Assembly (NCBI GenBank): GCA_004297215.1 | Contig: SCUM01000002.1 | Location: 70,270-134,269, forward strand | Source: Patescibacteria group bacterium | GTDB lineage: Bacteria; Patescibacteriota; Patescibacteriia; UBA9934; GWF2-40-263 | Direction of reading: 5' to 3' | Length of the DNA: 64,000 bases | Part shown: positions 60,489 through 64,000 of the stretch, piece after piece | Layout: the number at the start of each line of letters is the position of its first letter | Numbering within the stretch: the stretch's first letter is position 1 | Position numbers and translations under genes: made by a program | The notes under the pieces: generated by a model | Databases searched by the model: none | What the model was told of the DNA's origin: nothing | Seen by the model: the letters and a program-made list of their open reading frames with translations, nothing else

Positions 60489-60935
60489 TCAGGCGGTCGT
60501 CTTTTCGACGGTGATTTCCCGCGGATCCGTCCCCGTCCCACGGATCGCCACGCGGACGACCGGCGTGCCGGGCGATACGGGCAGCGTCTCGGGCGGCCAC
60601 TCGGCGGCCACCACCGCGTCGGCGCGGCCGAGCCAGTCCTCAAGGCCGAGCGCGTGCACCTCTTCGGGCTTCGCAAGGCGATAGAAATCGAGGTGGACGA
60701 GCTGCTTCACGGACGGATGGTCCGTCGGATAGATGTTCATGACGGTGAACGTTGGCGAACGGGCGGACGTTTTCGCGCCAAGCGCCTCGGCGAGCCCCTG
60801 GACGAACGTCGTCTTGCCGGCCCCGAGCGCGCCGTCGAGCAAGACGAGTTCGCCGCCCGTGAGCGTCAACGCAAGGTCCTTCGCGACCCGCTTCGTCTCA
60901 TCGGCCGTCCGACAAATCTTTTCCATACCCTTCAA
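60489..60935 (-). CDS. tsaE: tRNA threonylcarbamoyladenosine biosynthesis protein TsaE
   Basis: P-loop LDGALGAGKTTF and a small (~145 aa) YjeE-like size. It is adjacent to tsaD. Confidence 0.85.
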   Translation of the reverse strand: MKGMEKICRTADETKRVAKDLALTLTGGELVLLDGALGAGKTTFVQGLAEALGAKTSARSPTFTVMNIYPTDHPSVKQLVHLDFYRLAKPEEVHALGLEDWLGRADAVVAAEWPPETLPVSPGTPVVRVAIRGTGTDPREITVEKTTA

Positions 60936-61954
60936 ACCCTTTTCGCTAACCGCATGTTCGGGTCCGCCGCGAGCGTGAGCGGGTCCGTGAAATCCTTGGC
61001 GAGCGCGCGGAACGACCCGGCGGCCGCGATCATCGCCGCGTTGTCGCCGGTGAACGCGAGGTCGGGAACATGATACGTCGCGTCAGGCCGCGCCGAGGCG
61101 ACGGCATCGCCAAGGCGCGCGCGCAACGACGCGTTGGCGGCCACGCCGCCGACGAGGCTGACGGACGCCGGATGATGTTTCATGACCGCCGCGACCGTCT
61201 TCGTCACAAGCGTATCCACGACCGCTTCCTGGAACGAGGCGGACACGTCAGCGACCGACGCGTCAGGGTGCTGCTCAAGATAGACGGCAACGGCCGTCTT
61301 CAATCCGGAAAAGCTGAAGTCCAGGTCCCCGCTCTCGAGCATCGGCCGCGGGAACGCGATGGTGGACGGGTCGCCTTCTTTCGCAAGCTTGGAAATCGCC
61401 GGCCCGCCCGGATACGGGAGCCCGAGCAGTTTCGCCACCTTATCAAACGCCTCGCCGGCCGCATCATCGCGCGTGGCGCCGAGCAGCTCGTACTGCCCGT
61501 GACCCGTCATCAGGATGAGTTCCGTATGTCCGCCGCTGACGAGCAGCGCAAGGCAGGGAAACGCCGGATCCATTTCAGCCCCCCCTCGAAGCCACACGCT
61601 ATACAGATGCCCTTCCAAGTGGTTCACGGCCACCAGAGGCTTTTTCCACGCCCAGGCGAGCGTCTTTGCCGCTTCGACGCCCACGCGCAGCGCCGGGACG
61701 AGCCCGGGGCCGGCCGTGACCGCAATCGCGTCAATCCCCTTCCCGTCGCGCGGCACGCCCAGCTGCTCAAGGAGCGGGAACAGGACGTCCACATGGCTGC
61801 GCGCCGCCACCTCGGGGACGACCCCGCCATACTTCACGTGGATGTCGACTTGCGAAGAGACGAGGCTTGAGACGACGCGAACCTTGCCGTCCTCGTTGTC
61901 CACGAGGGCGACCGCGGTCTCGTCGCAACTGGTCTCGATGCCGAGGATGCGCAT
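60932..61954 (-). CDS. tsaD: tRNA N6-adenosine threonylcarbamoyltransferase TsaD (Kae1/YgjD)
   Basis: MRILGIETSCDETAVAL and the VAVNHLEGH metal-binding motif. Confidence 0.95.
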   Translation of the reverse strand: MRILGIETSCDETAVALVDNEDGKVRVVSSLVSSQVDIHVKYGGVVPEVAARSHVDVLFPLLEQLGVPRDGKGIDAIAVTAGPGLVPALRVGVEAAKTLAWAWKKPLVAVNHLEGHLYSVWLRGGAEMDPAFPCLALLVSGGHTELILMTGHGQYELLGATRDDAAGEAFDKVAKLLGLPYPGGPAISKLAKEGDPSTIAFPRPMLESGDLDFSFSGLKTAVAVYLEQHPDASVADVSASFQEAVVDTLVTKTVAAVMKHHPASVSLVGGVAANASLRARLGDAVASARPDATYHVPDLAFTGDNAAMIAAAGSFRALAKDFTDPLTLAADPNMRLAKRV

Positions 61955-61985
61955 ATCGACGCGTCATCCTATGATACCAAGAGGC

Positions 61986-62014
61986 TTGACGCAAGGGTGT
62001 TTTCTTCGTATTCT
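61986..62014 (+). promoter_or_regulatory. Promoter TTGACG -17 nt- TATTCT upstream of tRNA-Glu
   Basis: Exact 17-nt spacing, with the -10 element ending 12 nt before the tRNA 5' end. Confidence 0.5.
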
Positions 62015-62026
62015 CCCCGCATTGCC

Positions 62027-62101
62027 GGCCCCATCGTCTAGCGGTTAGGACATCGCCCTTTCAAGGCGGTAATGCGGGTTCGACTCCCGCTGGGGTCACC
62101 A
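62027..62101 (+). tRNA. tRNA-Glu (anticodon TTC)
   Basis: GGCCCCATCGTCTAGCGGTTAGGACATCGCCCTTTCAAGGCGGTAATGCGGGTTCGACTCCCGCTGGGGTCACCA folds as a canonical cloverleaf with CCA encoded. Confidence 0.9.
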
Positions 62102-62102
62102 C

Positions 62103-62134
62103 CAAAAAACCGTCCTCCACGAGGACGGTTTTTT
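62103..62134. terminator. Bidirectional intrinsic terminator ACCGTCCTC-CACG-AGGACGGT + T-run
   Basis: It immediately follows the tRNA-Glu CCA. On the other strand it lies at the stop of the 62139-63944 gene. Confidence 0.65.
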
Positions 62135-62138
62135 GCCG

Positions 62139-63944
62139 TCAGGCCGTCGGCGGCTTCTTTTTCGCCTTTCGCTTTTGCACGGCGGTCTGCACGAGGCGCA
62201 CCACCTTGGGGCGGCGAACCTCGCCGCGCTCCTTGTCGCGCTCGATGCGCTGCACCTCCATCTCGAGCTCTTCCTCGTTTTCCTTGATGTCCTTCTTCAG
62301 TTCCGCCAGGGTCTCGTCGCGGCGGAGGATCTCGGCGGTGCGCTCCACGTGCGCATGGCTCACGCGGCTTTCGGTGACCAGGAGGCTCGAGAGCCACAGG
62401 AGCTTGCGCCAGATGAAGGCGAGCAGCCAGCCGGCGGTGAACAGGAGCGAGAGCAGCACCACCATGGTGACGAGCAGGCGCACGGCCATGTTGCCGATCT
62501 CCTCCACCGACGCGGCCACCACGCGCAGCGGCTTCTCCTCGGACGGGAGGGTCTGCGCGCCCAGCTCGTCCACGGCCGTCACCCAGATGCGGTAGTCGTC
62601 GCCCTTTTCCAGGTCGCGGTCGTACACGATGGTGTAGAGCCCGCGCACGTCGGCCTGGTCCTGCGCGGTGTCCATCACGCCGGACTCCCCGCGCTGCACC
62701 CACACGTTCACGCGCGCGTTGGGGAACGCCCCGCCGCGAACGATGAGCGGCTCGTCGGAGCGGATGAGCGCGGTGTAGGAATGGATGCTTGGCGCGGGCA
62801 GGGCCGTGACCGTGGCCTGCGCCTCGCGTTCGAGGGAGTTCCCGGCGAGGTCGACGGCGCGGATCGTGAGCGTGTGCGAGCCGGGCGGGAGCGGCGGCGA
62901 ACGGTACTGGTGCGTTCCCGGATCGACCCAGCGGTCGAACTCGCGCCCTTCCACGAAGATCTCGTAGTGCGAAATGCCGGACGTCGCGTCGTAGGCCGAG
63001 AGCTTGAACCGCGCGAGCGGGTCGTTGGCGCTCACGCTCGGGAGCGCGGTCGCCGTGAAGCTCGACGGGGAGGTGCCGTCCACCTGCACGCGGAAATGCG
63101 AGATGCCGCCCCAGCCGTATTGGTTCTTGGTACGCACGTGGAAATACCAGGCGCCGTCCGTGAGGACCCCCGAAACGAACGAGGATGGGGTCCCGTCGGC
63201 GGCGCTTGCCGGAGTCGAGTTCGGACGACGGTCGAGCAGGTACGCCACGGCGGTCGTCTCGGGCGGGACGTTCCAGGTGAAGGTCGCCACGCGGCCCGGA
63301 TACCACGCCGTGGGACTCGGGTGCGACGGGGAGGCGACCTGCGGCCCGCCCGGGGCGCCTGGAGTCTCTACGGGCGTGGTGGCTTCCGGGACCGGCGGGG
63401 CGACGGAAGGCGCGTTGACGGTGTACGTCCCTTTCGAGAGCCCGGTGATCACGTTCGTCCCCATGCCGTCGTTTGCCAGGATGGCGCCGGAGGAAAACGC
63501 GACGTCGGCGTTGCCGTTCCCCTTGCCGCGCAAGGTGACGGTGAACAATCGCGCGCCCGGCCCTTGATAGCCGGGGTTGAGCACGACCCCTTCGAACCTG
63601 ATGGTCCCGTTCTCGTTGGAATACTCCGGCTGCTGGAGCCACAGCGAGATGACCGAACCGTTGACGGAAACGCCGGACACTTCCAAAAGCTCGGTCGGGA
63701 ACCGGATCGTCCCGTTCACGGCGTTCACGGCCTGGTCCGGGCTCGACAGGAGGACCTCGAGCGTGATCGGGTCATTGATCTCGATTTCGCCGCTGGGCGG
63801 ATTGACGTACATGCTCGCCGCCTGCGCCGCGTGTGCCGCCGACAGGAACGCGCATGACAAGACGAGGCCGAACAGGGCGGCCATCAGCCGGATCAGCGGG
63901 AACGAGGGGTGTTCTTGGGAGGTTTCCTCCATACGAGGCGCCAA
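62139..63944 (-). CDS. Cell-surface protein with N-terminal cohesin-like domain, Ig/FN3-like middle region, TM anchor and charged C-terminal coiled-coil tail
   Basis: Signal peptide; a cohesin-like segment (YVNPPSGEIEINDPITLEVLLSS...VNAVNGTIRFPTELLEV...GTIRFEGV); beta-rich repeats; a TM helix (MAVRLLVTMVVLLSLLFTAGWLLAFIW); then a KE-rich tail. Confidence 0.6.
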   Translation of the reverse strand: MAPRMEETSQEHPSFPLIRLMAALFGLVLSCAFLSAAHAAQAASMYVNPPSGEIEINDPITLEVLLSSPDQAVNAVNGTIRFPTELLEVSGVSVNGSVISLWLQQPEYSNENGTIRFEGVVLNPGYQGPGARLFTVTLRGKGNGNADVAFSSGAILANDGMGTNVITGLSKGTYTVNAPSVAPPVPEATTPVETPGAPGGPQVASPSHPSPTAWYPGRVATFTWNVPPETTAVAYLLDRRPNSTPASAADGTPSSFVSGVLTDGAWYFHVRTKNQYGWGGISHFRVQVDGTSPSSFTATALPSVSANDPLARFKLSAYDATSGISHYEIFVEGREFDRWVDPGTHQYRSPPLPPGSHTLTIRAVDLAGNSLEREAQATVTALPAPSIHSYTALIRSDEPLIVRGGAFPNARVNVWVQRGESGVMDTAQDQADVRGLYTIVYDRDLEKGDDYRIWVTAVDELGAQTLPSEEKPLRVVAASVEEIGNMAVRLLVTMVVLLSLLFTAGWLLAFIWRKLLWLSSLLVTESRVSHAHVERTAEILRRDETLAELKKDIKENEEELEMEVQRIERDKERGEVRRPKVVRLVQTAVQKRKAKKKPPTA

Positions 63945-64000
63945 GCCAAGAGGCCGGCAATGATAAGGACAAGTATACCGTAAAGGAGAGCGGGGCGGAA

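Overview
This is a high-GC (about 65-68%) bacterial chromosomal segment that is densely packed with genes, mostly on the minus strand. The compact gene set (short S1 and ProRS, RecQ lacking an HRDC domain, split ComEC, many type IV pilins) suggests an uncultivated lineage, possibly Patescibacteria/CPR-like; this is inference only. No rRNA and no CRISPR array were seen.

Content in order along the window:
- A minus-strand S10/str ribosomal cluster (rpsC partial, rplV, rpsS, rplB, rplW, rplD, rplC, an unusual ~295-nt spacer, rpsJ, tuf) continues upstream into fusA-rpsG-rpsL. Between tuf and fusA lie a hypothetical acidic protein, a promoter-plus-terminator unit with no ORF (candidate sRNA), recQ and an APH-family kinase.
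- Envelope genes follow: an M50/site-2 protease, murA and uppS.
- A tRNA-Pro(GGG) is flanked by partial copies of its own 5' and 3' parts in GC-rich palindromic DNA. Next come a hypothetical protein, a RelA/SpoT-domain protein and ndk.
- comEC is split into two overlapping ORFs, followed by ugd.
- A low-GC islet carries a small GIY-YIG nuclease gene flanked by a ~37-nt repeat family of the form GTCATCCTGAG...GACGAAGGA; a further copy sits after infB.
- Housekeeping genes leuS, a rhodanese, trxB, trxA and infB.
- A pilin-like gene with two REC-only response regulators and a histidine kinase; then truB, rny, hup, a lipoprotein, proS, tRNA-Lys and tRNA-Arg.
- A type IV pilus cluster: pilA, pilB, pilC, four pseudopilins (one with LVIVD/beta-propeller repeats) and pilT; then rnc, nusB, rpmF, a second APH-like kinase and gyrA.
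- A ~190-nt ncRNA on the minus strand with a tRNA-like 3' end, its own promoter and terminator, next to a ~1-kb low-GC islet with small membrane proteins.
- A large inverted repeat; a membrane protein with a possible SMI1/KNR4-like domain; rpsA, ftsH and a second pilB. rpsA and the second pilB share a conserved upstream motif.
- tsaE, tsaD, tRNA-Glu and a cohesin-like surface protein.

Three mapped promoters share the form TTGAC[AG]-17 nt-TAT(A/T)(C/T)T. The long plus-strand ORFs opposite known genes are high-GC artefacts.

The most interesting candidates are: the tRNA-like ncRNA; the GIY-YIG/repeat cassette; the tRNA-Pro islet carrying the RelA/SpoT-like (possible toxSAS-type) gene; and the stop-codon-overlapping palindromes.
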